Shown: piece by piece, positions 1 to 9,403 of the stretch
Layout: every line of letters starts with the position of its first letter
Numbering within the stretch: the first letter of the stretch is position 1
Assembly: GCA_965248265.1 (NCBI GenBank)
Contig: CBDFJF010000002.1
Coordinates: 704,001-768,000 of the forward strand
DNA length: 64,000 nt
Direction: 5' to 3'
Source of the DNA: Candidatus Latescibacterota bacterium
GTDB taxonomy: Bacteria; Latescibacterota; UBA2968; UBA8231
Made by a program: the position numbers and the translations under genes
The notes under the pieces: model-generated
Told to the model about the DNA's origin: nothing
What the model saw: the letters and a program-made list of their open reading frames with translations, nothing else
The model's database searches: none

Positions 1-302
1 CGGTCGCGGCGACGGTTGAGGCTCAGCCGCAGGACGATACGCAGGATCCAGGTCTTGAGCGAGGAATCGCCGCGGAACTGCGGCAGGGCACGATGGATCT
101 TGATGAATGCATCCTGCACTACCTCCTCGGCATCTCCGCGCTCTCCCAGGACCTTGAACGCCAGGCTATAGGCGAGGGGGTGGAACTCGCCAACCAGGCT
201 ACGCAAGGCATCGGGGTTGCCAGCGACGACGCGCCGTACGCGTTCCTGTTCGTGCGCGCGCGCATTTTCCGGGTGCAATCTGAGACTTTTGCGAATGCCC
301 AT
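1..302 (-). CDS. ECF sigma-70 family RNA polymerase sigma factor (N-terminal part, runs off window edge)
   Basis: Not in the ORF track. Manual translation of the reverse strand from ATG at 302 gives MGIRKSLRLH...AYSLAFKVLGERGDAEEVVQDAFIKIHRALPQFRGDSSLKTWILRIVLRLSLNRRR, a typical ECF region 2 (DAEE..QDAF, F.G.S...TW..RI). Confidence 0.9.
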   Translation of the reverse strand, partial: MGIRKSLRLHPENARAHEQERVRRVVAGNPDALRSLVGEFHPLAYSLAFKVLGERGDAEEVVQDAFIKIHRALPQFRGDSSLKTWILRIVLRLSLNRRRD

Positions 303-659
303 TTCTTCGTCCTGCGGTAAACGATCTTGCCGGTCGAGGGCAGGGAGCCCATCCCGCTACAGCGTAGACACTGAAAAAGCCCCTCCGCTTCAGTCCGGTT
401 GACGAGCATGAAATCTATCGGGAAAAATATAAAGGAAATGCGGCCAATCGCCGCCGGGGTGCCGGCTGACGGATCGAAACCACCGGTAGACTCAGGTGTC
501 AGCAACGTAGTCATACAGGATGCCTGAGCGCACCGAAACCCTATATTCTGCCGTCATGGAGCCCCTCAACTTGAGCGCTTCACCGAAGCGAAGTCTCGCC
601 TTGCTGCCGGCGCCCTACAGGGCCGATATTGACGGTTTCCGCAAGCGCTGAAGATTGAT

Positions 660-1889
660 ATGCCGATCGCCGATTCACGAATGCACCTGTCCATTATCTC
701 AATGTTCCCAATTTTTATCTCAATGTTCCCAATTTTGGTCCTCGTCCTCTTCGTTGGCGTCGCCGGTTCTCCGAAAGCCGGCGACGCGGAATCGAAAACG
801 ACGACTGCACTCACTACGGCCGATTCCACCAGGAAGTACAGGTATCTCGCCAAGACCGCGCGGGAGCGGAAGGAGCACGACAAGGCACTGGAGTACTACC
901 GACGGCTCCTGCTCTACGATCCCGATTACGCGGCGGCGCATTACTTCCGTGGCAAGATCCTCGTAGAGCAAAAGAACTTTTCCGCCGCCAAGGAGTGTCT
1001 GCTGGCAGCGATCGGTCTCGACTCAACGCTCGTCAACTGCAACGCCCTGTTGTGCCGGCTTTATCTCAAGGAGGACAAACCCGACTCGTCGCAGCTTTAC
1101 GTGAATCGCATCCGCGATCTCAAGGCAGGTCGCTTCAGGCCTTTGCAGCGACGCATCGCCGACGCGCTTCGGCGTGCAGGAATGACCAGAGACGCCATTG
1201 CCCAATACGAAAACCTGGCTGCCGCGGATTCGTCCAATACCGGAGAGCTGTATGCCCTGTTGGCGACGCTGCATCAGGATATCGGCGAGTCGCACGAAGC
1301 ACTGAATTGGCGAACGCGTCTGCTGTCGCACCAGGTACAAATGGTACCCTGCAGTACCGAGGTCAGGATTGAGACGCTGCAGGAAATGGTGCTTCTTCAA
1401 GAACAGACCGGGGCTTACGACGATGCTCTGGCGACCCTGGACGAGTTGGCGAAAGTGGATTCGGGCAATGGTTACCCCTACTACAGCCAGATGGCTGATA
1501 TCGCTGAGAGGGCCAGCAGGCCGGCCATCAAGAGAGCTGCGTTGGAGGGCATGGCCACAGCCAACCCAAAGGACGTGGAGAGCGTTGCCGCTCTGGCAGA
1601 GCTGCTTCTGGCCGAGGACAGGTTCGACGCGGCCGGGGAGTGGATAGCAAGGGGGCTCGCCATCGTGCCGGCCGACGCGCATTTGCAGGTCCTCAAGGGC
1701 GACATCATGTCACGCAAAGGGTTGGAGGAGCAGGCCATCGCTGCCTTTGAAATCGCTTTGGACGATCCGGACTGGCGCGGCGTCGCCCAACAGCGTATCT
1801 GGCAATTGCGCCCTCCGGAAACGGAGGAGGAAAAACTCAAGCGGGCGTTTTTCGGAGAAACCGGCGCGGATGCCAACCCTCCGGAGTAA
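660..1889 (+). CDS. Tetratricopeptide-repeat protein, N-terminal signal/TM anchor
   Basis: Hydrophobic N-terminus and several TPR-like helices (ALEYYRRLLLYDPDYAAAHYFRG; AIAAFEIAL). First gene of the exbBD-tonB cluster. Start uncertain. Confidence 0.75.
   Translation: MPIADSRMHLSIISMFPIFISMFPILVLVLFVGVAGSPKAGDAESKTTTALTTADSTRKYRYLAKTARERKEHDKALEYYRRLLLYDPDYAAAHYFRGKILVEQKNFSAAKECLLAAIGLDSTLVNCNALLCRLYLKEDKPDSSQLYVNRIRDLKAGRFRPLQRRIADALRRAGMTRDAIAQYENLAAADSSNTGELYALLATLHQDIGESHEALNWRTRLLSHQVQMVPCSTEVRIETLQEMVLLQEQTGAYDDALATLDELAKVDSGNGYPYYSQMADIAERASRPAIKRAALEGMATANPKDVESVAALAELLLAEDRFDAAGEWIARGLAIVPADAHLQVLKGDIMSRKGLEEQAIAAFEIALDDPDWRGVAQQRIWQLRPPETEEEKLKRAFFGETGADANPPE
694..736 (+). repeat. 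Perfect 21-bp tandem duplication (TTATCTCAATGTTCCCAATTT x2) in the signal-peptide coding region
   Basis: Read directly. Encodes ISMFPIF-ISMFPIL. Confidence 0.9.
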
Positions 1890-1949
1890 GTGAGCGTCAT
1901 CGGAAGGTGTTGAAAACGAAAGCAAAGTCACTGATCTGAAGGAGCTGTG

Positions 1950-2573
1950 ATGCTTGGACTAATTCAGGACGGCGGATGGGCGATGTACCCCCTCATAGTC
2001 TTGCTCGTACTCGGAATCGCCATCGCTCTCGAACGCCTGTACAACCTGGGTCGCGCGGCTATCGACGCGGATGTGTTTTTCACCGAACTCGAGGCTGCGC
2101 TCAAGTCCGGGGGACCGGAACGGGCGGCTGAACTGTGCGCCCGGACCAGGGGGCCCGTGGCCTCCGTCATCCACGCCGGACTGTTGCGGATTCACCGGGG
2201 CATCGATCATGTCGAGAAAGCCATCGACAACGCAGGAGCCGTCGAGATGGCCTTCCTCGAGCGTGGCATGGTGTGGTTGTCGACGGTAGCCAATCTGGCG
2301 CCGATGATCGGTTTCCTGGGCACGGTCAGCGGCATGATCAACGCCTTTCAGGCAATCAAGGTGGCCGGCGACGTCGAACCCTCGATGGTGGCCGGCGGTA
2401 TCTCCGAGGCGCTGATCACGACCGCGACCGGGTTGGTGGTCGGCATCATCATCCAATTTTGCCACAACTTTTTTGCCTCCCGAATTGACCGCATCATCGC
2501 CGATATGACCGAGCACGCGGCAGGCTTCATCGATGTGCTGGCGGAACGCGAACTGGCCGGCGGCAACGGCTGA
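1950..2573 (+). CDS. exbB: MotA/TolQ/ExbB proton channel family protein
   Basis: APMIGFLGTVSGMI and GISEALITTATGL motifs. AAGGAG RBS upstream. Confidence 0.93.
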   Translation: MLGLIQDGGWAMYPLIVLLVLGIAIALERLYNLGRAAIDADVFFTELEAALKSGGPERAAELCARTRGPVASVIHAGLLRIHRGIDHVEKAIDNAGAVEMAFLERGMVWLSTVANLAPMIGFLGTVSGMINAFQAIKVAGDVEPSMVAGGISEALITTATGLVVGIIIQFCHNFFASRIDRIIADMTEHAAGFIDVLAERELAGGNG

Positions 2574-2602
2574 TCCTCGATCGGTTGAGGTAGAGAAAAA
2601 GC

Positions 2603-3022
2603 GTGAGAAAGCTCAAACACAAGCGGGTAGTTCCGGAGATACCCACGGCATCGATGGCGGACATCGCTTTCCTGCTGATCATCTTTTTTCTGGTGACGAC
2701 GACGATGTCCCAGGACAAGGGACTGTCTCTGCAATTGCCTCCCGTGGGTGAGACCAAGGAGGTAAAACAGAAGAACATCTGCAACGTCTGGATAAACGAT
2801 TCCGATCAGATAGCCTTCTACGAGCAGAAGCAGTTCACCCCGGTGGCCTTCGACCAGCTCCGCGCCGAGATCGAGCGCCGTCTGGCTGAGAACGAGAAGT
2901 TGATCGTGTCCCTGAAGGCGGAGCGCGGGGCGAACTACAGCCGGTTCGTCGACGTCCTTGACGAGCTCAAGCTCGCCGGGGCCACGCGCATCTCCATCGC
3001 TGAACCGGAGCCGGGTGATTGA
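2603..3022 (+). CDS. exbD: Biopolymer transporter ExbD/TolR
   Basis: IPTASMADIAFLLIIFFLVTT TM segment with conserved Asp. C-terminal VDVLDELKLAG. Confidence 0.92.
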   Translation: MRKLKHKRVVPEIPTASMADIAFLLIIFFLVTTTMSQDKGLSLQLPPVGETKEVKQKNICNVWINDSDQIAFYEQKQFTPVAFDQLRAEIERRLAENEKLIVSLKAERGANYSRFVDVLDELKLAGATRISIAEPEPGD

Positions 3023-3453
3023 TGCGGTTTGCACGCAAATCCACCGTGGGCAGCGTCATTCCGACGGCGTCGATGGCGGACATCTCCTTCCTCCTTCTCG
3101 TCTTCTTCATGGTCAGTACCGTCTTCATCCGCTACCGCGGTATCCCCGTCGCGCTGCCGGAGGCGGAGAAGATCGAGGAGCTGGAGATGCGCCGGCATGT
3201 CACCAGCATATGGGTCAGCAATCAGGGTGTCATCAACATCGACGACGCTCTGGTCGCCTTGGACCAGGTCGGGCCACTCATTCACGCCAAGTTGACCGCC
3301 AATCCGCGTCTCGTGGTTTCGCTCAAAGCAGACGCTGACGCCGAATTCGGGCGCGTGTCCGATGTCCTGCAGGAACTGCGCAAGGTCGAGGCGCTACGAG
3401 TGAATTTCGCTACCCTCAGAGAAAACCGAAAAAAAGAGGACAGCACTCGATGA
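3022..3453 (+). CDS. exbD: Biopolymer transporter ExbD/TolR (second copy)
   Basis: IPTASMADISFLLLVFFMVST; LKADADA...V.DVL.ELR. Confidence 0.92.
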   Translation: MRFARKSTVGSVIPTASMADISFLLLVFFMVSTVFIRYRGIPVALPEAEKIEELEMRRHVTSIWVSNQGVINIDDALVALDQVGPLIHAKLTANPRLVVSLKADADAEFGRVSDVLQELRKVEALRVNFATLRENRKKEDSTR

Positions 3454-3490
3454 TGTCCGTATGCGATTACCCCTATCCGCCTGAATTATA

Positions 3491-4144
3491 ATGAGGTTGC
3501 GGAAATACCCTGAGGCCGATCTGCGGTTCACTTACCAGAAAGTGATGTGGACATGTGTAGGCATATCCGTCCTCGCTCACCTGATCATCCTGGTGGTGTA
3601 CCCGGCTGTCCAGGTCAGCGCCTACGCCAAGGCACAGGATCCAATCATCATACAACTGGAGCAGATTCCCGAGACCAAGCAGCAACGTCGTCCTCCTCCC
3701 CCTCCACGCCCGGTGGTCCCCATCATCAGCGACAATCCGGATGTGCCGGACGACGCCACGATCGAGACGACGGACTTTGATTTCCTCGCCGATCTGGCGC
3801 CTCCACCCGCGCTGGTGGACATCGACACCCAGGTCGAGGTCGAAGAAGAGGAAGTTGAATACGCAGAACTGTGGATGCTGGAGCAGAAGCCGGTGGTGAC
3901 AAAGGAAGTTTCTCCCGAGTACCCGCGCCGCGCCCGCGAACTCAAGATCGAGGGCACCGTTGTCGTAGAGATGTACCTGAACGAGCGTGGGAAGGTGGAT
4001 TCCGTACGTGTCATATCCGGTAATCCCCTGCTCCACGAGGTGACCAGGGAAGCAGCGGTGCAGTGGGAATTCACCCCTGCCATGCAGAATGATCGTCCCG
4101 TCCGTCTGAAAGTCGCTGTCCCGTTTTCATTTGAAATCCAGTGA
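3491..4144 (+). CDS. tonB: Energy transducer TonB
   Basis: N-terminal TM with SxxxH (SVLAH), Pro-rich linker, TonB_C domain (YPRRARELKIEGTVVV...WEFTPA). Confidence 0.92.
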   Translation: MRLRKYPEADLRFTYQKVMWTCVGISVLAHLIILVVYPAVQVSAYAKAQDPIIIQLEQIPETKQQRRPPPPPRPVVPIISDNPDVPDDATIETTDFDFLADLAPPPALVDIDTQVEVEEEEVEYAELWMLEQKPVVTKEVSPEYPRRARELKIEGTVVVEMYLNERGKVDSVRVISGNPLLHEVTREAAVQWEFTPAMQNDRPVRLKVAVPFSFEIQ

Positions 4145-4171
4145 CTTAGGGCCATCCCGACACGACCTCAG

Positions 4172-4200
4172 TTGCCATATCTCGGTGTTTTTATTACTAT
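4172..4200 (+). promoter_or_regulatory. Putative sigma70 promoter of nrdR (TTGCCA-N17-TACTAT)
   Basis: Near-consensus hexamers with a 17-bp spacer in an AT-rich patch. Confidence 0.6.
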
Positions 4201-4368
4201 AAGGTCATCCTTGGACCCCGCCGGTTGGCTTATTTGTCCCCCTCCACGCGTCCGCAAGCGCTGATCCGGCGACCCCACGCTCCAGGAACAGCACTCCTCT
4301 GAGATCATCGCCGAAGCTCTCTCTCTTCCAGACTGAGGGCGAAGAGCAAGCCCGGGGAGCCACACCGC

Positions 4369-4818
4369 ATGCGTTGTCCATACTGTGACCATCAAGACGA
4401 TCGCGTGGTAGACTCACGGTCCTGCCGTGACGGCCAGGCCATCCGCCGCCGCCGCGAGTGCGTCAACTGCGAACAGCGGTTTACGACCTACGAGTACATC
4501 GAACATGCGCCCCTGACCATCGTCAAGCGGGATGGCAACCGGGAGCCCTTCGACCGCGGCAAACTCCTGGACAAGGTCCAACTCGCCTGCGTCAAGACCT
4601 CGGTCTCAGTCGATCAGATTGAAGAACTGGTCGACCAGGTCGAGAGCGATCTGAGCAACCTGGCCGAGAAGGAAGTGCCGGCCAAGCAGGTGGGCGAGCT
4701 GGTGATGGAGCGCCTCCGCAACCTGAACGATGTGGCCTACGTTCGTTTTGCCTCCGTTTACCGGCAATTCCGCGAAAAAAGCGATTTCGTGCGCGAGTTG
4801 GAGCAACTGGCGCACTAA
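4369..4818 (+). CDS. nrdR: Transcriptional repressor NrdR
   Basis: MRCPYC...VVDSR...IRRRREC..C..RFTTYE zinc ribbon, ATP-cone, VAYVRFASVY. Confidence 0.98.
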   Translation: MRCPYCDHQDDRVVDSRSCRDGQAIRRRRECVNCEQRFTTYEYIEHAPLTIVKRDGNREPFDRGKLLDKVQLACVKTSVSVDQIEELVDQVESDLSNLAEKEVPAKQVGELVMERLRNLNDVAYVRFASVYRQFREKSDFVRELEQLAH

Positions 4819-4953
4819 ACCCACCACCCACCTGGACCGGTTATTTTCCGGCAAGATTCGGGTTCACAGCCGCCCTATGCCGGCGTTCGACTGCGTCTTC
4901 TCGTAGATTGTCCCTCGTCCCCCTCAGAGCATTACCGCAACACGCGAAAACGC

Positions 4954-4983
4954 TTGACAACGGCGCGGCGTCACCCATATATT
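4954..4983 (+). promoter_or_regulatory. Putative sigma70 promoter of nrdJ (TTGACA-N18-TATATT)
   Basis: Perfect -35, 5/6 -10, directly upstream of the NrdR boxes. Confidence 0.65.
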
Positions 4984-4995
4984 CGCTCTGTCGTT

Positions 4996-5042
4996 GCACA
5001 AGATCTTGTGTAGGGTTCCGAACTAACCCGGAGATCGTGTGG
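4996..5042 (+). promoter_or_regulatory. Tandem NrdR boxes (GCACAAGATCTTGTGT at 4996-5011; degenerate CCCGGAGATCGTGTGG at 5027-5042)
   Basis: Palindrome CACAAGATCTTGTG resembles the NrdR-box consensus. A second, weaker box lies at 31-bp spacing. Located between nrdR and an RNR gene. Confidence 0.8.
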
Positions 5043-5187
5043 TCTCGGGGTCTTTTGTTTATCTTTCTCCCCGCTTCCATATTATCGTACGGCCCCACTG
5101 GTTTCTGGCAGACCGCTTGGCGGGAAAGCCGCACTCGGTGTTTGCTCAGAATGAGGGCTGCTTACGCGCACGAATGGGGGAAGTCCA

Positions 5188-7629
5188 ATGCCGTCCGATC
5201 CATCGAAATCCAGTACTTCCGACACCACCCGAGCACCGGTCGGAGTCCACCGGCTTGAAGATCTGCTTGCCCACCTGGAGGGGCACGGTTACAAGCGCAA
5301 TGGTCGCAAGGCGATCATCGAGAAAGCGGCGGACGCCGAGGTCTATTACAAGGACAATGACCTGGCCGTCGACGTACTGCGCAGCAAGTACCTGGCGCCG
5401 GGAGAAACCGGGCCCCTGCAGATGTGGGACCGCATCGCCCGGGCCATGGCCTCGGTGGAGGAAGACAGGGAATACTGGTACGATCGGTTTTTTTCGCTGC
5501 TACTGGATTTCAAGTTCATCCCGGGTGGTCGGGTCATGCACGGCGCCGGCCGCGAGGAGGCGAAGCGCAAGCCGACGCTGTCGAACTGCTACGTGGTGCC
5601 GATCGAGACTGATAGCATCGAGGGCATTTACCGCTGCCTGAGTGAGTCGGCCATGGTCTATCGCACCGGCGGCGGCGTGGGGACCGACCTGTCCATTCTG
5701 CGTCCCAAGGGCGCGGCCGTGAACGCGACCGTCGATCGCTCGCCGGGATGCACCGCATTCATGAACCTGCTGAGCGAGAGCACGAACGCGGTGTCGCAGG
5801 CAGGACGGCGGGGCGCATTGATGCTGACGCTGCGCGTCGATCACCCCGACATCGAGGATTTCATCACGATCAAGAACGACGCAAATCGCACCAAGGTGCA
5901 GCACGCGAATATCAGCGTGTTGATCACCCATGAGTTTATGAATGCGGTTCTGGAAGACACCGACTTCGACCTGCGGTGGGGGGGTGAGGTGTACCAGACG
6001 GTTCGCGCCCGCGAACTGTGGAACAAGATCATCACCAATGCCCACGCCAGCGCCGAGCCCGGGATCATCTTCTGGGATACCATGCGCGAGTATCACAACG
6101 TCGAATACGCCAACCAGCTGACGAGCACGAACCCGTGTGGCGAACAGCCGCTGGCATCCTACACGGCCTGTAATCTCGGCAATCTGAATCTCGTCGCGTT
6201 CGTACGGGATGACGGCAGTTTCGACTATGAGGACCTGGCCGAAAGCGCGGCGGTGGCGACGCGTTTCCTGGACGACGTCATCGACTACAACATGGACAAC
6301 CACGCCATGCCCAAGATCCGGGATGCGGTCGGCTCTGACCGGCGCGTCGGACTGGGCATCACCGGGTTGGCGGATGCGCTGGTGCTGATGTCGCTGCGCT
6401 ACGACACCGACGAGGCGCTGGAGGTGGTGGAGAAGATCATGCAGACGATCTGCTACTACGCCTACGAGACCTCCATCGAGCTGGCGCGTGAGAAGGGCTC
6501 ATTCCCACTGTTCGAGTGGGAAGGCCTGTCCAAGAGCAAGTTCATCCAGGGTCTGCCCGAAGGTATCAGGGAGCGTATCCAGGAGCACGGCTTGCGCAAC
6601 AGCACACTGGTGACGATGCCACCGGTTGGAACCGGATCGATCGTGGCGCAGACCGCTTCCGGCATCGAACCGATCTTCTGCACCAGCTACAAACGGCGGG
6701 TCAAGCAGCATGATGGCGAGAGTTTTCGCGAATACAAGGTTTATCATCCGCTGATCAAGCGAGTGTTCGGGGATGACGAGAGTCTACCGGATCACGTCGT
6801 CACCTCGCATGAGATCGATCCCTATTTTCGGGTCAAGATGCAGGGTGTTATTCAGAAGTACACCGACAGCAGCATTTCGTCGACGATCAATCTGGCTGAG
6901 GAAACGACCGTCGAAACCGTCGCCGATATCTACATCACGGCGTACAAGGAAGGTCTCAAGGGCGTAACCGTGTACCGCGAGGGCAGTCGGCAGGGGATCC
7001 TGCAGACGGACACATCGGAAGCAGGTTCCGATGCGTCTAACGCAAAAGCGGAGGAGGCGCCCGTGGAAGGCGAAGCTGAGACCATCAATGATTCCTCGGG
7101 CTTCCATCCGCGCCTGCGGCCCGCGGTGACTCAAGGGGTCACCGAACGGATCCGCACGGGCGAGGGCAACATCTACGTTACCATCAATGAGGACGAGCAG
7201 GGCCTGTGCGAGGTATTCAGCACCATCGGCAAGGCGGGAGGCAATGCCGCGGCGCAGTCCGAGGCCATCAGTCGGCTGATTTCGCTGGCGTTGAGGTCGA
7301 GCATCAATCCCCAGGAGATCGTCAAGATGCTGAAGGGGATTTCCGGTCCCACCCCGGTGTGGGAAAACGGCGAGTTGATTCTGTCGACTCCCGATGCCAT
7401 CGGGCGGGCTCTGGAACGCTACCTGGAGCGCAGGGGAGATGCGCCTGCCGCTGGTCCGGTCACTCACCAGGCCGCGGCACCCTCGGCCGCAGCGGGTTCG
7501 GCATCAGGAGGCGCGCCGCCCGCGGCTCAGGGGGTGGTCAACTCCGTCACCTGTCCGGAGTGCGGGTCGACGGTCGTACACGAAAGCAACTGTCTCGCCT
7601 GCAAGCATTGTGGCTGGTCGAAGTGTTGA
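5188..7629 (+). CDS. nrdJ: Class II (adenosylcobalamin-dependent) ribonucleotide reductase with C-terminal TSCPD-like domain and Zn-ribbon
   Basis: PGGR, NCYV, GGGVG, TNPCGEQPL active-site loop, RRVGLGITG, SGIEP, KGVTVYREGSR, C-terminal CPECG...C..CGWSKC. Confidence 0.96.
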   Translation: MPSDPSKSSTSDTTRAPVGVHRLEDLLAHLEGHGYKRNGRKAIIEKAADAEVYYKDNDLAVDVLRSKYLAPGETGPLQMWDRIARAMASVEEDREYWYDRFFSLLLDFKFIPGGRVMHGAGREEAKRKPTLSNCYVVPIETDSIEGIYRCLSESAMVYRTGGGVGTDLSILRPKGAAVNATVDRSPGCTAFMNLLSESTNAVSQAGRRGALMLTLRVDHPDIEDFITIKNDANRTKVQHANISVLITHEFMNAVLEDTDFDLRWGGEVYQTVRARELWNKIITNAHASAEPGIIFWDTMREYHNVEYANQLTSTNPCGEQPLASYTACNLGNLNLVAFVRDDGSFDYEDLAESAAVATRFLDDVIDYNMDNHAMPKIRDAVGSDRRVGLGITGLADALVLMSLRYDTDEALEVVEKIMQTICYYAYETSIELAREKGSFPLFEWEGLSKSKFIQGLPEGIRERIQEHGLRNSTLVTMPPVGTGSIVAQTASGIEPIFCTSYKRRVKQHDGESFREYKVYHPLIKRVFGDDESLPDHVVTSHEIDPYFRVKMQGVIQKYTDSSISSTINLAEETTVETVADIYITAYKEGLKGVTVYREGSRQGILQTDTSEAGSDASNAKAEEAPVEGEAETINDSSGFHPRLRPAVTQGVTERIRTGEGNIYVTINEDEQGLCEVFSTIGKAGGNAAAQSEAISRLISLALRSSINPQEIVKMLKGISGPTPVWENGELILSTPDAIGRALERYLERRGDAPAAGPVTHQAAAPSAAAGSASGGAPPAAQGVVNSVTCPECGSTVVHESNCLACKHCGWSKC

Positions 7630-7643
7630 CATAGCCTGACGCT

Positions 7644-7670
7644 AAAAGGGTCGCCATCGGCGACCCTTTC
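7644..7670. terminator. Bidirectional intrinsic terminator between convergent genes
   Basis: AAAGGGTCGCC-ATC-GGCGACCCTTT perfect hairpin with A/T flanks. Confidence 0.8.
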
Positions 7671-8483
7671 TTATTCCCCTCCGTCCACCTCGAGAATCAA
7701 TCCGTCATAGGCCAGTTCGACGCCAGGCGGGAGACTCTCGTTTGTAAGTCGATGGTCCAGCTCGTGTGCCACATGGGTGAAGAACGTCCTGCGTGGTTTG
7801 ATCTCGGCGACTACATCCAGCGCCTGCGCGACGTTAAAATGGGTCGGGTGTTCCTTGGGCCGCAGAGCGTCCAGGATAAGGGTGTCCAGGTCCCGCAGCT
7901 GATCCATCGAGTTTTCGGGAATGGCGTTGCAGTCGGTGACATAGGCGAAATCACCCATGCGGAAGGCCAAAACCGGCAGCCTGCCGTGCATGACCGTGAT
8001 TGGCTGCACGCGGAGTCCGTGTAAATCGAGCGGCTGGTTTTCAATGTGGCGCAGGTCCAGCTGGGGCAAGGCGTGGGCATAGGGCGAGTCAAAGGCGTAG
8101 TCGAACACCCGTCTGATGCGCTCCAGGGTGCGCTCGTCACCGTAACAAGGAAGGGCGCGGTCAAAGCAGAAGCAGCGCACGTCGTCGAGGCCGTGCAGGT
8201 GATCGGCGTGGCCATGTGTGAACAGGACGGCGTCCAATCGATCGACTCCGTAATGCAATGCCTGAGTGCGCAGGTCAGGGGTGGTGTCGATGAGAACGAC
8301 GGCGCCGTCGGTGCCGGGGGCGGCAGAATCGCCGCTGGTGCTTTCAGCATCGTTTTCATATTCGAGCAGCGCCGAGCAGCGCAAGCGTTTGTTCAGTGGA
8401 TCCTCCGACACACAGACGGGGCAGGTACAGCCGATTCGGGGTACCCCAACCGACGTGCCCGTCCCGAGCAGTGTCACTTTCAT
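7671..8483 (-). CDS. MBL-fold metallo-hydrolase (PhnP-like phosphodiesterase)
   Basis: LLGTGTSVGVP..GC.C.VC, IDTTPDLR.Q, THGHADHLHG, THVAH, LAYDGL. Confidence 0.92.
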   Translation of the reverse strand: MKVTLLGTGTSVGVPRIGCTCPVCVSEDPLNKRLRCSALLEYENDAESTSGDSAAPGTDGAVVLIDTTPDLRTQALHYGVDRLDAVLFTHGHADHLHGLDDVRCFCFDRALPCYGDERTLERIRRVFDYAFDSPYAHALPQLDLRHIENQPLDLHGLRVQPITVMHGRLPVLAFRMGDFAYVTDCNAIPENSMDQLRDLDTLILDALRPKEHPTHFNVAQALDVVAEIKPRRTFFTHVAHELDHRLTNESLPPGVELAYDGLILEVDGGE

Positions 8484-9268
8484 GCGGGTTGACAGGCAGG
8501 AGTTGCCGCGGGCAGGTCCGTTTCAATAAGGGTAAGTATTTGCGGGCCATCTTCCGTCAAGGCTACCGTGTGCTCGAAATGGGCGACAGCGGAGCCATCG
8601 CGGGTGCGCGTGGTCCAACCGTCGTCTGCGACGAACACCTCCGGCTTGCCCATGCTGAGGATGGGCTCGATGCAAAAGACGAAACCGGCTTTGAGTCGCG
8701 GTCCCTTCCCCGGTCGCCCGTGGTTGGGGATGTGAGGGTCCTCGTGCAGGGCTCGTCCGATCCCATGACCGCCGAAATCGCGAACGACCGACAAGCCACT
8801 GCCCTCCGCGCGTTGTTGCACCGCGTGGGAGATGTCCGAGAGGCGGCCTCCAAGCTGCGCTGCGTCGATGCCATCCTGCAAGGCCGCCCTGGTGTTGGTC
8901 AACAGGCGCTCCCGATCCTGGCCGATCTCGCCGACGCCCATCGTGAACGCGCCATCCCCGAAAAAACCCTCGAGCTGGACACCGACATCCACGCTGACGA
9001 TATCCCCTTCCACCAAAGGCCTGTCATCTGGAAATCCGTGTACGGCCTGTTCATTCACAGAGGCGCAGATGGAGGCCGGGAATCCATGGTATCCCTTGAA
9101 GGCAGGCAGGGCTCCGCAATCCCGGATCGCTCTCTCCGCCAGGGCGTCCAGATCGGCGGTGCTGACACCGGGACCGAGGGCTGACTCGAGCAGTCGCTGA
9201 ACCTGACTGACAATGCGGCAGCTGCCACGAATTCGCTTGATTTCATCCGGACTTTTGAGTTTGGTCAA
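8480..9268 (-). CDS. map: Methionine aminopeptidase type I
   Basis: FKGYHGFPASIC.SVNE..VHG, DIVSVDVG, GDGA, GHGIG..LHEDP, IEP, HFEHTV. Confidence 0.97.
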   Translation of the reverse strand: MTKLKSPDEIKRIRGSCRIVSQVQRLLESALGPGVSTADLDALAERAIRDCGALPAFKGYHGFPASICASVNEQAVHGFPDDRPLVEGDIVSVDVGVQLEGFFGDGAFTMGVGEIGQDRERLLTNTRAALQDGIDAAQLGGRLSDISHAVQQRAEGSGLSVVRDFGGHGIGRALHEDPHIPNHGRPGKGPRLKAGFVFCIEPILSMGKPEVFVADDGWTTRTRDGSAVAHFEHTVALTEDGPQILTLIETDLPAATPACQPA

Positions 9269-9309
9269 GCCAATAATCCAAGGTAAGAAAACGTTGTTTG
9301 TTGTTGTTT

Positions 9310-9338
9310 ATTAAAAAGATGGACCCATCTGGTGTCAA
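9310..9338 (-). promoter_or_regulatory. Putative sigma70 promoter of map (TTGACA-N17-TTTAAT) with an inverted repeat in the spacer
   Basis: Read on the reverse strand. AGATGG-AC-CCATCT palindrome at 9317-9330. Confidence 0.6.
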
Positions 9339-9378
9339 GCGATGCGCCTGCGGGCAGGATAGTTCTGCCGCTTGGTTT

Positions 9379-9403
9379 CGAGAATTCGCGCCGCGAATTC
9401 TCG
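9379..9403. repeat. 25-bp inverted repeat (CGAGAATTCGCG-C-CGCGAATTCTCG) between divergent map and topA promoters
   Basis: Perfect 12-bp arms with a 1-nt spacer, read directly. Confidence 0.85.

Noticed and set aside
440-540. Riboswitch-like structure (AAACCACCGG resembles part of the ZTP motif) upstream of the ECF sigma/TPR genes
   Set aside because: Lacks the conserved GACTGGCG element, and the gene context is unrelated. An Infernal/Rfam scan would be needed.
603-629. Sigma28 promoter before the TPR gene (GCCGATAT)
   Set aside because: Good -10 but no TAAA/CAAG-like -35 at the right spacing.
4172-4187. NrdR box overlapping the nrdR promoter (TTGCCATATCTCGGTG)
   Set aside because: Too degenerate, and no partner box at 31-32 bp.
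4820-5187. Cobalamin riboswitch upstream of nrdJ
   Set aside because: No recognisable B12-box or conserved GGGAA/GCCACTG elements. The region is explained by the promoter and NrdR boxes.
5188-7629. Intein or intron in the ribonucleotide reductase
   Set aside because: TNPCGEQPL and the other motifs are contiguous; no C...HN splice motifs or LAGLIDADG insert.
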